A stretch of 64,000 bases of DNA from Erythrobacter sp. (GCF_039988855.1 NZ_JBDXIY010000006.1:53072-117071); one strand, 5' to 3'. Shown: positions 30,085 through 38,247, counted from the stretch's first letter. The notes: generated from the letters alone by a model not told the origin. Translations and numbers: made by a program.

Positions 30085-30819
30085 TCAGGAACCGGACTTT
30101 CGTTTCCCCCTAAGCCATCCGATCCTTGGTAACCTGTTGGCCAGCAGAACAAATCCCGAAAGGGCAATGAACGTACCTGCGATACCAAACAGGAGAAGCC
30201 ACCAGCTGTTGATGCGGTCGCGCTGGGTCCAGTCCATGATGTGAACGCCCCAGATGAAATCGAAGAGCCGCCAGGTATCGCTTCGCGCTGACAGGACCGT
30301 TCCGCTCGAGGCGTCGATATAGACGCGCGTCGCGTCGCGTTCGTCATAGGTGATCTGCCAGGCCGGGAAGGGGCCCCTGAATTCGGTCCCGACGTCGCGT
30401 TCGACAAGCCGCGCGCCGGCGACCGAAGTCTCCGGGCCTATCCAGGCGCGGCGAGCGATCGCGCGCGCTGTCGCGGCCGAAATGGGGGACAACAAGCGTC
30501 CGCTATGCGGATCATGCAGCGTGACACCGCCATCCGCTCGCCGCACTTCGGTAACCACCTTGCCGTCGAGAGCACGTGTGGCAACCGAAACCACATCATC
30601 TTGCCTTTCCAGCCATTCGGGTAACTCGGCCCGGGCAGGCAATATTTGCGCAGCGCGGGACACGATATGCTCCGAGCGTACCTCCTCCAGATCGAGAAAG
30701 GACATCAAGGCACCGGTGCCCATCCACATCAGAACTTGCGCCCCGATCAGGAGCGCCAACCACTTGTGGAGCTTGCTGCTAAAGACATGCAAGCGCAGTT
30801 TGAGGGACCGCGAAGCCAA
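30085..30819 (-). CDS. PepSY-associated TM helix / PepSY-domain membrane protein
   Basis: N-terminal SSKLHKWLALLIGAQVLMWMGTGALMSF, a central periplasmic domain and a C-terminal TM helix. Confidence 0.6.
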   Translation of the reverse strand: MASRSLKLRLHVFSSKLHKWLALLIGAQVLMWMGTGALMSFLDLEEVRSEHIVSRAAQILPARAELPEWLERQDDVVSVATRALDGKVVTEVRRADGGVTLHDPHSGRLLSPISAATARAIARRAWIGPETSVAGARLVERDVGTEFRGPFPAWQITYDERDATRVYIDASSGTVLSARSDTWRLFDFIWGVHIMDWTQRDRINSWWLLLFGIAGTFIALSGFVLLANRLPRIGWLRGKRKSGS

Positions 30820-30842
30820 CTGTCTCGCCGCTCCGTAGCGGG

Positions 30843-31364
30843 TCAGGGCCGCCGCGGCGCGTGCGAGGAGGAGTGGTACTGCACGATCTTCCAGCCCGAT
30901 TCATCGTGCGAAAGGACCGAGGTCGCGACCCCGTCACGCTCGATCACGCGCCCGTCCTCGAGCTCGATCCGGTAGCCGTAGGTTTCGTAGCCATAGGCCA
31001 TATGGCCCTTACGGGTCATCGTCAGCGTCGGGTCGGTGAAAGTAAAGCTCGTGATCGCATCGAGCTCGGGTCCGAGATGGTGCTCCATGTAATTGGCGAA
31101 ACTCCCCTCGGACTTGCCGTTCTCGAAGATCGCGGAGGCTTCCGCGAACAGGGCCGACATGCCTGCGGCATCGCGCGACACCAATGCGGCGCGATAAGCC
31201 TCGAGAATATCTTCAGCGCCCGACACATCTTCGCTGGCCGAACCTGTCTTGTCGGAATGATGTGTCCCATGTCCGGAATGGTCCATGTCCTGCGCCGCAG
31301 CCGGCACTGGCGCCGCAGCAATAGCTAGCGCAACTACCGGCACTCGCAATAAAGTGTTCATCAT
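30843..31364 (-). CDS. Secreted NTF2/SnoaL-like (DUF4440-like) protein with a His-rich N-terminus
   Basis: Signal peptide ..AAPVPAAAQD, then MDHSGHGTHHSD. The body, ILEAYRAALVSRDAAGMSALFAE...GWKIVQYHSS, is NTF2-fold-like. Confidence 0.5.
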   Translation of the reverse strand: MMNTLLRVPVVALAIAAAPVPAAAQDMDHSGHGTHHSDKTGSASEDVSGAEDILEAYRAALVSRDAAGMSALFAEASAIFENGKSEGSFANYMEHHLGPELDAITSFTFTDPTLTMTRKGHMAYGYETYGYRIELEDGRVIERDGVATSVLSHDESGWKIVQYHSSSHAPRRP

Positions 31365-31385
31365 GTCAGTTTCTTCTCCCTTGAC

Positions 31386-32501
31386 CTAAAACCAGAACCG
31401 CACGCCGACGACGTAGTTCGTTACGCTGGGGTCCTCGCCGGCGGCCCTTGCGAAATCGCGGCTGTTGCCGATCTTCCATTCCTGGTCGATGCCGATATAG
31501 GGCGCGAATTCGCGCGCGAATTCGTAGCGCAGGCGAATGCCGACCTCGATCGTATCGATCCCCGAGCCGATCCCGAGTTCGGGAATGTCCTGTGCTGACA
31601 GCGCGATTTCGGCGCGCGGCTGCACGATCAGACGCTGTGTGATGAACTGATCGATTTCACCTTCAATTCGTGCGGTAAGATCGCCCTTGTTCGACAGAAA
31701 TGCTGCTGCATCGACCTCGAACTCATAGGGAACGAGCCCTTGGATGCCCACAACCGCATGGGTGCGTTCAGGCCCAGTAAAATCCTGCCGCACGCCCGCC
31801 TGAAAATCGAAGAAAGGCGCAATGGCACGGCTCCAAAGCGCCTGCACTTCGGCGCTTTCAATGGTCTCGCCGAAGCTGCCTTCGCCTTCGGATTTGAACC
31901 AGAACTTGTTGTAGTCACCGCCATAATAACCCTGGACGTCCCACAAATAGCCGTCGTCGCCCTCGCGCAGGCGGTATTCGAGCCGGTCGCCCTGAAACCA
32001 GAATACCGGCGTTCCGCTCACTTCCTTGGTGACGGCCGCCCGAGACGCAGCCATTTCCTCTGCGCCGACAAAGGCATCGGCGGCAAAGGCGGGGCCCTGT
32101 AGCGCTTCAGGCGGGGGAGGGCCTTCCGGGATCGCCATATGGTCGGCGGATGCTCCATGGCCCATCGCGGAATGATCCATTTGCGACATGCCGCCCTCAT
32201 CCTCCTTGCCGGTCATGGGCATCGCGCCATGCTGGGCTGCCCCATGATCCATGTTCGAATGATCCATAACCTCCGGGTTCTCAACCTCCTCCTGAGGATG
32301 CTGCGTCCGGGAGTGATCCATCTGAGGTTGATCCGGCGCATGGTGATCGTGCGCCTCGCTCGCAGCCTCGTCGTCTTGAGCAGCTTGCCCGGCCTGGCTC
32401 TGCGGTTCGGCAGCCTGCGTGCCGTGATCATGCTGCTGTGCCCAGACTGCGCTCGGAAGTGCCAGCAGGGGGAGGGCGATCATCATGGTCGCGCGCTTCA
32501 T
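31386..32501 (-). CDS. copB: Copper resistance protein B (outer membrane, CopB/PcoB)
   Basis: Signal peptide and a Met/His-rich N-terminal region with repeated MDHS motifs. The C-terminal beta-barrel ends in ..NYVVGVRFWF. Confidence 0.85.
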   Translation of the reverse strand: MKRATMMIALPLLALPSAVWAQQHDHGTQAAEPQSQAGQAAQDDEAASEAHDHHAPDQPQMDHSRTQHPQEEVENPEVMDHSNMDHGAAQHGAMPMTGKEDEGGMSQMDHSAMGHGASADHMAIPEGPPPPEALQGPAFAADAFVGAEEMAASRAAVTKEVSGTPVFWFQGDRLEYRLREGDDGYLWDVQGYYGGDYNKFWFKSEGEGSFGETIESAEVQALWSRAIAPFFDFQAGVRQDFTGPERTHAVVGIQGLVPYEFEVDAAAFLSNKGDLTARIEGEIDQFITQRLIVQPRAEIALSAQDIPELGIGSGIDTIEVGIRLRYEFAREFAPYIGIDQEWKIGNSRDFARAAGEDPSVTNYVVGVRFWF

Positions 32502-34315
32502 CAGCCTTCTCCTCCCTCGAGCGGTCGGACCGTCACCACCTGAAACATTCCGTTATGCATGTGGTAAAAGAGATGACAGTGGAACGCCCAGTCGCCCCGT
32601 TCATTGGCGGTCAGGTCGAATTGCGCGCTGCCGCCGGGCTGGACCGTCAGCGTATGTTTGAGCGGTTGACGGTCGGCCGGAGCCCCGTTCACGAGTTCGA
32701 AGAAGTGTCCGTGCAAATGGATCGGATGCGCCATCATGGTGTTGTTGATGAGCTTGACGCGCACGCGCTCGTTATAGGCAAATTGAATCGGCTCGGTGAT
32801 CTCGTCGAACTTCTTCCCGTCGAACGACCACATATACCGCTCCATATTGCCGGTTAGATGGATCGTCTTGAGCCGGCTCGGACGCCGGTTGTCGGTATTG
32901 GGCTTGGCGGCGATAAGCTGGTTGTAGTTGAGCACGCGGTGGCTCACATCGTCGAGCCCGAGGCCAGGAAAACCCATCCGGTCGATAGGATTCATGGCAA
33001 CCGAGTCGATCCCTGGACCAACTTTCACATTGGGTGGAAGCAGTGATGTATCGCGCATGTTCATACCCGACATGCCGGCCATCCCAGCCATTTCGGATCC
33101 ACCGCTGGAGCCATGATCCATTCCGGCCATGCCACCCGCGCTTTGATCCATGCTCGCCGCGGCACCGTGACCCGCATGCCCGTCTCCAGCAGCGCCTGCG
33201 CTATCGCCGTGCCCGGCCATGCCCATATCGGTCATGGTGAGAAGCGGCGGTTTGCGCAGGGGCGGGACGCTGGCCCGGGCGCCGGGGCGACTGGCAAGGG
33301 TCGCCACGCCCATGCCCGAGCGATCAATGGCCTCGGCGACGAGCGAATAAGCCTCGCCGCGCGGCTCGATGATCACGTCGTAGGTTTCAGCAACACCGAT
33401 CTGGAACTCGTCGGTCTCGACCGGCTGTACGTTTTGGCCATCGGCCTGAACCACGGTCATCGGCAGGCCAGGGATGCGGATATTGAAATAGGTCATCGCG
33501 GCGCCGTTGATAAAGCGCAAGCGGACCCTCTCTCCCGGCTGAAAAAGGTATTCGAGATCGTCTTCCGGCCCGTGACCATTGATGAGGAAGGTGTAGGTCG
33601 CGCCGCTCACGTCGGAGATGTCGGTCGGCATCATCCGCATGCGCGCCCACATTCGGCGCTCTTCGCCGCTCATGTCGTAGTCGTCGGTCCAGGTGGTTTT
33701 GCCATAGTTGAAGTAGCCCTCGGCGACCTTGAGTTTCTTCATGATCGAATAGGGACTCATGGTCGACCAGTCGGACAGCATGACAACATAGTCGCGGTCG
33801 TATTCATATGGTTCGGGCTCGATCGGGTCGACGATCAGGGGGCCGTAATGGCCAAGCGGCTCCTGCAGCGTATGCGCGTGCCACCAATAGGTGCCCGACT
33901 GGCGGATGGGAAACTGGTAACGATAGGTATCGCCCGGCTCAACAGCCGCCATGCTCACCCCGGGTACACCGTCCATAAGGAAGGGTACGAGCAATCCGTG
34001 CCAGTGAATGGAAGTGCCATGCGAACTCCGATTGAGGAGATCGACCGTCAGGTTCTGGCCTTCCTTGAGGCGCACCAAGGGTCCTGGGATGGTGCCATTC
34101 ACGGCAACACCCGGCCCGCGGCGCGAGCCAGTGGTGAAGGTCGTGTCGGCGACGCTCATTGTAAGATGTTCGCCGGACAGAACGTCGCTCCCGCGGCGCG
34201 CGATCGTGCCATCGAGACCTCCGCGTGCCCACGCGGGCATTGCACCGGCAAGGCCAAGCATTCCGACCCCGCTTGCGCTAGACCCCAGAAAATTACGGCG
34301 ATTGATCGCGACCAT
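32501..34315 (-). CDS. copA: Copper resistance multicopper oxidase (CopA/PcoA)
   Basis: Tat signal NRRNFLGSSASGVGMLGLAGAMPAWA. Cu sites HWHG, WWHAH, HPIHLHGH and HCHLFYHMHNGM. Met/His/Gly-rich insert. Start at ATG 34315 with an AGGAG RBS. 1-nt overlap with copB. Confidence 0.9.
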   Translation of the reverse strand: MVAINRRNFLGSSASGVGMLGLAGAMPAWARGGLDGTIARRGSDVLSGEHLTMSVADTTFTTGSRRGPGVAVNGTIPGPLVRLKEGQNLTVDLLNRSSHGTSIHWHGLLVPFLMDGVPGVSMAAVEPGDTYRYQFPIRQSGTYWWHAHTLQEPLGHYGPLIVDPIEPEPYEYDRDYVVMLSDWSTMSPYSIMKKLKVAEGYFNYGKTTWTDDYDMSGEERRMWARMRMMPTDISDVSGATYTFLINGHGPEDDLEYLFQPGERVRLRFINGAAMTYFNIRIPGLPMTVVQADGQNVQPVETDEFQIGVAETYDVIIEPRGEAYSLVAEAIDRSGMGVATLASRPGARASVPPLRKPPLLTMTDMGMAGHGDSAGAAGDGHAGHGAAASMDQSAGGMAGMDHGSSGGSEMAGMAGMSGMNMRDTSLLPPNVKVGPGIDSVAMNPIDRMGFPGLGLDDVSHRVLNYNQLIAAKPNTDNRRPSRLKTIHLTGNMERYMWSFDGKKFDEITEPIQFAYNERVRVKLINNTMMAHPIHLHGHFFELVNGAPADRQPLKHTLTVQPGGSAQFDLTANERGDWAFHCHLFYHMHNGMFQVVTVRPLEGGEG

Positions 34316-34348
34316 CGAAAGCTCCTGTATGAACGATACACCCTCAAC

Positions 34349-34378
34349 TACGAAGGGCCCGGTTCTACCCCTCAAAAA
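34349..34378 (-). promoter_or_regulatory. ECF-type promoter upstream of copA
   Basis: The minus strand reads TTTTTGAGGG-N16-CGTA. The architecture is identical to the sites at 35702-35731 and 35734-35763. It overlaps the 3' end of the sigma gene. Confidence 0.65.
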
Positions 34379-34932
34379 TTTTCCAGGCGGTCGCGCAATT
34401 TTTGCCGGGCACGATAGATGCGGGTCTCGATTGCCTTTTCCGACACGCCGAGAAGTTCGGCGGCTTCCGCCTGGCTGCGTCCGTCGATACTGACCAATAT
34501 GAGCGCTTCGCGAAGACGGATCGGAAGACGCTCGATTTGCTCCAGGAGCATTCGCAATTCCTGGCGCTGCATCGCGATCTCTTGCGGATCGGGGCTGTCG
34601 TCAACAATCGCCAGTGTTTCAGATTCCGCGCCCAATCCGAAAAAGCGCGCCGTTTTGCGTTTGCGCAGCCTGTCGCGGCATTTGTTGAGCACGACTGTCG
34701 TCAAAAAAGGGCCAACAGGACGGTCCGGGTCGAGGCGGTGCCGGGCGACCCAGACCGAAGCAAGCCCGTCCTGAACAGCGTCTTCGGCCTGATGCGGAGA
34801 CGCAAGCATGCGTGTCGCCAAAGCAATAAGCCGCGCTATATGGGGTTCGACCAGCGTCCCATATGCTGCCTTGCTGCCCCTGCGGGCATCTTCGACCAGG
34901 GCGGTCTCGGACCGGCTTTGCGCCTGCGTCAC
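34372..34932 (-). CDS. ECF (sigma-70 family, group IV) RNA polymerase sigma factor, CnrH-like position
   Basis: Region 2 (AEDAVQDGLASVWVARHRLD) and region 4 HTH (SQAEAAELLGVSEKAIETRIYRARQKLR). 186 aa. Confidence 0.88.
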   Translation of the reverse strand: MTQAQSRSETALVEDARRGSKAAYGTLVEPHIARLIALATRMLASPHQAEDAVQDGLASVWVARHRLDPDRPVGPFLTTVVLNKCRDRLRKRKTARFFGLGAESETLAIVDDSPDPQEIAMQRQELRMLLEQIERLPIRLREALILVSIDGRSQAEAAELLGVSEKAIETRIYRARQKLRDRLENF

Positions 34933-34938
34933 GGAAGC

Positions 34939-35373
34939 CTAATTACGCGAATTGCTGGTGAGCGCCTCGGAGACCTTCCGATCGAACAGGCGCTGCTGCT
35001 CGGGCTCGAGTATCTCGCGCATGTCGAAGACGTGTTGGACCGTGGCTTTCTGCAATTCGCCCATCCGTCCATGCACATCGTCAATCGCCGCGCTCACTTC
35101 GGGGCCATATTCGTGCTCGTCGGCCATCGCCTGAGCGAGCCTCGCATTTGCCGCGCGCAGCGATGACTCAAGTTCAGCACGCTCGACGGCGAAGCGGGCT
35201 TCCAGGGTCTCGAGGCGCGCGTTCTGGTCTTCGGTCAAAACCAGTTCCTCGTGCACGAACTGGTGCAGGCTGCCATTGTCTTCGTGGCTGAGCCAGCGAT
35301 CAGCCGCGATCGCCCCCAAACATCCCGCGAGCCCGGCAAGAAGAACGGCAAGCAGGAGGCGTCCGTTCGTCAA
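34939..35373 (-). CDS. Periplasmic heavy-metal sensor (CnrX / Spy-CpxP-ZraP fold family)
   Basis: N-terminal TM/signal anchor, then helical LTEDQ..LE..F repeats. HQFVH (H-x3-H) and VHGRM motifs are possible metal ligands. 144 aa. Confidence 0.65.
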   Translation of the reverse strand: MTNGRLLLAVLLAGLAGCLGAIAADRWLSHEDNGSLHQFVHEELVLTEDQNARLETLEARFAVERAELESSLRAANARLAQAMADEHEYGPEVSAAIDDVHGRMGELQKATVQHVFDMREILEPEQQRLFDRKVSEALTSNSRN

Positions 35374-35376
35374 AGT

Positions 35377-35679
35377 CTAGCTCCCGACATGCAGGAGAGC
35401 GGCGGGAGAAAGGTGCTCGTTCGACGCAAAATCATTATAGGCGGAACTCGCAGTTGAGCCCTGATTGTAGGGCATGATGGTCGTGCCGAAGCCTGCTCCA
35501 AGGCCGATGACGAACAGGCTGCAAAAGAGCGCGGCACGCCGGCGGCGATCGGCAACCTCGCCAAGCTGTCCGGCGCGCTGCCAGACACCATCCATGAAGT
35601 CTGACGGGTCATGCACAATATCATGCGCGGCCAGCTGTTTGAGCGAAGCATCGAGGGAAGGATAATCTGACATAGGCAA
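35377..35679 (-). CDS. Small single-pass membrane protein, putative anti-sigma factor (CnrY-like position)
   Basis: 100 aa with one TM helix (ALFCSLFVIGLGAGFGTTI). It is the first gene of the sensor/sigma operon, as in cnrYXH. The assignment rests on context only. Confidence 0.5.
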   Translation of the reverse strand: MPMSDYPSLDASLKQLAAHDIVHDPSDFMDGVWQRAGQLGEVADRRRRAALFCSLFVIGLGAGFGTTIMPYNQGSTASSAYNDFASNEHLSPAALLHVGS

Positions 35680-35701
35680 CCTCTAACTATTGTAACTCCT
35701 T

Positions 35702-35731
35702 TACGCCACAGCCCGCCGAAGCCCTCAAAAA
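35702..35731 (-). promoter_or_regulatory. ECF-type promoter upstream of the anti-sigma/sensor/sigma operon
   Basis: The minus strand reads TTTTTGAGGG-CTTCGGCGGGCTGTGG-CGTA. Confidence 0.65.
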
Positions 35732-35733
35732 AA

Positions 35734-35763
35734 TATTTGAGGGGTATGATATTCTCGCGCGTA
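35734..35763 (+). promoter_or_regulatory. ECF-type promoter for the divergent DUF2231 operon
   Basis: The plus strand reads TATTTGAGGG-GTATGATATTCTCGCG-CGTA. Its -35 element forms a palindrome with the -35 of the opposite promoter. CGTA ends 9 nt before ATG 35773. Confidence 0.6.
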
Positions 35764-35772
35764 TCAAGGCAT

Positions 35773-36447
35773 ATGAGCATATTCACCCGCCTTGGCCTCG
35801 CCGCCCTCTTCGCAGCCTTTCTGCTTTCGGCACCCTTGCACGCGCATGAAGGGCATCAGGACAATATGTCCGACGCTGAAATGCTGGCGATGGAGGAGGG
35901 TATGGCCATGCCGGACGACGCCCATGCCGGCGAGCTTGCGCCGCCCGGGGAAGAGATGGACAGGCCGAACGCGCAGCAGTCCATGTCGCCTGAAGACATG
36001 ATGCAGCAGAAAATCACGGAAAACCGCCTGACCTCGGCAGAGGACCTTCTGTCGCGCCTTCATCCGGTCGCGGCGCATTTCCCGATTGCGCTTCTCCTCG
36101 TCGCCGCACTCGCCGAACTCGCCTTGATGGTGCGCCCGACCTTGGGGCTTGAGACGACGATCCGGTTTCTCGTAGCCGGCGGCGCGATCGGGGCGGTCGT
36201 TGCGGCTTTGCTCGGATGGTTTGCGGGTGGATGGCGACTGCTGGACCGGTCGGAAAATCTCGCCATTCACCGCTGGAACGGCACGACGATTGCCATATTG
36301 AGCCTCCTCGCCTGGTGGGTTGCTGCGCGCGGAAAGGGGAGAGGCGCGCTGCGCTTGCTTCTGGCGCTGATCGCTGCGGCGCTCATCGTACAAGGCTATT
36401 TCGGCGGGGAGATGGTGCACGGGCCCAATCATATGGGCATCATGTAG
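35773..36447 (+). CDS. DUF2231-like membrane protein with a Met/His-rich periplasmic N-terminus
   Basis: Signal peptide MSIFTRLGLAALFAAFLLSAPLHA, then HEGHQDNMSDAEMLAMEEGMAMPDDAH and four TM helices (HPVAAHFPIALLL..). Confidence 0.6.
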   Translation: MSIFTRLGLAALFAAFLLSAPLHAHEGHQDNMSDAEMLAMEEGMAMPDDAHAGELAPPGEEMDRPNAQQSMSPEDMMQQKITENRLTSAEDLLSRLHPVAAHFPIALLLVAALAELALMVRPTLGLETTIRFLVAGGAIGAVVAALLGWFAGGWRLLDRSENLAIHRWNGTTIAILSLLAWWVAARGKGRGALRLLLALIAAALIVQGYFGGEMVHGPNHMGIM

Positions 36448-37134
36448 GTGGGACGGGTAGCCGCTCCTCAAGGCGACCGAGCCTTCACGCCAGCCCTTGG
36501 CAAAGCTTGGCTGACCCCGGTCTATGACCTCACCATCGCCTTGTTTACGCGTGAGCGGACATGGCGGCGCGCGGTTGTCCGCGCCGCCAATCTTGCGCCC
36601 GGCGATCATCTTATCGATGTTGGGTGCGGAACCGGCACCTTGCTTCGCGATCTCATGATCAGCTGTCCGCAGGCGGGTCTCGCCGGCGTTGAGCCCGATC
36701 CGGCAGCACTGGCCATCGCGCGTCGCAAGTTTGGCGCCGGGGCGGATCTGATCCGTTGGCACAATGGCTTTCTCGATACCCTCGACCTGACCGCGCGATG
36801 GCAGCCAAACAAGATCGTCAGCAGCCTCGTCTTTCATCAGGTTCCGCTGGGTGAAAAGCGGGCAATCCTGGAGCAGATGCACGATCTGCTCCAGCCCGGA
36901 GGCATGGTGCTGATTGCCGACTATATGGCTCAGGACTCCGCCCTTATGCGCAAGCTTTTCCGCGCCACGGTGCAGCAGCTCGACGGTGTCGAAGACACGC
37001 AGCCCAATGCCGACGGTATCCTGGAGCGGCAGCTTGCCGAAATTTTCACCGACGCCGAAAGGCTTCACGTCTTCCCGACCGCCACCGGAGCGATATCGCT
37101 CTGGCACGGCTACAAGAAAGGTCCCCATACATGA
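36448..37134 (+). CDS. Class I SAM-dependent methyltransferase
   Basis: Motif I LIDVGCGTGTL and a post-I acidic residue. GTG start directly after the upstream TAG stop. Confidence 0.7.
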   Translation: MGRVAAPQGDRAFTPALGKAWLTPVYDLTIALFTRERTWRRAVVRAANLAPGDHLIDVGCGTGTLLRDLMISCPQAGLAGVEPDPAALAIARRKFGAGADLIRWHNGFLDTLDLTARWQPNKIVSSLVFHQVPLGEKRAILEQMHDLLQPGGMVLIADYMAQDSALMRKLFRATVQQLDGVEDTQPNADGILERQLAEIFTDAERLHVFPTATGAISLWHGYKKGPHT

Positions 37135-37598
37135 CCCGCACGTTTGCGCGAAAGCGCTTTCGCAACTCGTTCGCCGCAACAGCCCTCCTGGTAATTGCCG
37201 CCTGTTCGAACGTTGCCCAGGCGGCCACCTACACGATGTATCGCGATCCCGGCTGCGGCTGCTGCCTCAAATGGGCCAACCATTTCGAGAACGGCATGGA
37301 CGCCGAGGTTGCGACTGTCGACACCACTGACATGGGTTCGGTGAAAGCCGACAAGGGCGTACCTTCCGATCTGTGGTCGTGCCATACGATGGTGATCGAG
37401 GGATATGTCATCGAAGGTCACGTCCCGGCAGAAGCAATCTCAAAATTGCTGCGCGAGCGCCCGGCAGGCGTTTCCGGACTTGCCGTTCCCGGCATGCCGC
37501 TGGGCTCACCTGGCATGGAATACGAGAACCGTGTGCAACCCTATGACGTCATCGCCTTTGGGCCCGGCGGCCGTACGGTTTTCGCAAGTTACCCCTGA
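37131..37598 (+). CDS. DUF411 (CopG-like) periplasmic metal-binding protein
   Basis: Signal peptide, YRDPGCGCCLKWANHF and CHTMVIEGYVIEGHVP. ATGA overlap with the methyltransferase gene. Confidence 0.75.
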   Translation: MTRTFARKRFRNSFAATALLVIAACSNVAQAATYTMYRDPGCGCCLKWANHFENGMDAEVATVDTTDMGSVKADKGVPSDLWSCHTMVIEGYVIEGHVPAEAISKLLRERPAGVSGLAVPGMPLGSPGMEYENRVQPYDVIAFGPGGRTVFASYP

Positions 37599-37633
37599 AC
37601 GGGCAAGAAAACGCCCCCAACTTTTGGAGAATA

Positions 37634-37915
37634 ATGATGAAAATGATCCTCACCGTCACTGGCGCGCTTGCTTTCTCGGCAAGCCCGGTCCTTGCTCAGG
37701 AGGCCCCTTCTGAAAAGCCCAAAATGTGCGAGATGATGCTCGATGGCAAGAAAATGCAGGGTATGATGAAGAAGGACAAGGACGGAAAAATGTCATGCCA
37801 GATGATGGACCATTCCAAGATGGACCATTCGAAAATGGACCATGGCCAGTCCGGCCATGGCAAGAAAAAGGCCGCCGAGGCTGAAAAGCCGCAGACCGAA
37901 CACAAGCACGACTGA
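37634..37915 (+). CDS. Small secreted Met/His/Lys-rich protein (probable periplasmic Cu-binding peptide)
   Basis: Signal peptide ..SPVLAQE. The mature part is MCEMMLDGKKMQGMMKKDKDGKMSCQMMDHSKMDHSKMDHGQSGHG. GGAGAA RBS. Confidence 0.6.
   Translation: MMKMILTVTGALAFSASPVLAQEAPSEKPKMCEMMLDGKKMQGMMKKDKDGKMSCQMMDHSKMDHSKMDHGQSGHGKKKAAEAEKPQTEHKHD
37805..37849 (+). repeat. Three tandem 15-nt repeats encoding the MDHSK/MDHSK/MDHGQ units
   Basis: ATGGACCATTCCAAG / ATGGACCATTCGAAA / ATGGACCATGGCCAG, read directly from the sequence. Confidence 0.9.
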
Positions 37916-37926
37916 CCAGCCTTTGG

Positions 37927-37960
37927 CGTCTGGAGCCGACAATTCAATCGGCTCCAGACG
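37927..37960. terminator. Bidirectional hairpin between convergent genes
   Basis: A 13-bp perfect stem, CGTCTGGAGCCGA / TCGGCTCCAGACG, with an 8-nt loop (CAATTCAA). It lies between the small Met/His-rich gene (+) and the csoR-like gene (-). Confidence 0.7.
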
Positions 37961-37962
37961 GT

Positions 37963-38247
37963 CTAACGGGCCATGCGCTCGATGAGAGTGAGAAGTTCGG
38001 CGATCTTCTCCGATTGATCGGCCTTGTTGTTCGATGAGAGCGCCTGTTCGATGCAGTGCTTGGTATGGATGTCGAGTACTTTGGTCCTGGCGGCGCGCGC
38101 GGCGGCTTCGAGCGCGAGGATCTGCTGCAGGATATCGACGCAATAGCGCTCTTCTTCCATCATTCTCGATATTCCTCGCGCCTGCCCCTCGATCTTGCGC
38201 ATTCGGGTCAAGACATCACGAAACTTGGGGTTTTGATCATCGCTCAT
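37963..38247 (-). CDS. csoR: CsoR/RcnR/FrmR-family metal-sensing transcriptional repressor (CsoR-like x-C-H-C fingerprint)
   Basis: From ATG 38247 (GGAGAG RBS): MSDDQNPKFRDVLTRMRKIEGQARGISRMMEEERYCVDILQQI...HTKHCIE. It carries a Cys in helix 2 plus H-x3-C in helix 3. Confidence 0.8.
   Translation of the reverse strand: MSDDQNPKFRDVLTRMRKIEGQARGISRMMEEERYCVDILQQILALEAAARAARTKVLDIHTKHCIEQALSSNNKADQSEKIAELLTLIERMAR

Noticed and set aside
33113-34417. 434-aa ORF on the plus strand opposite copA. Similar long antisense ORFs occur at 35764-37179(-), 46599-47801(+), 11649-12632(+), 55074-56009(-), 40771-41700(-), 42293-43384(-), 51351-52244(+), 6978-7727(-) and 28515-29357(+).
   Set aside because: All lie antisense to genes with unmistakable family motifs. 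Their composition is Arg/Ala/Gly/Pro-rich and typical of open antisense frames in high-GC DNA, and none has a recognisable motif or RBS.
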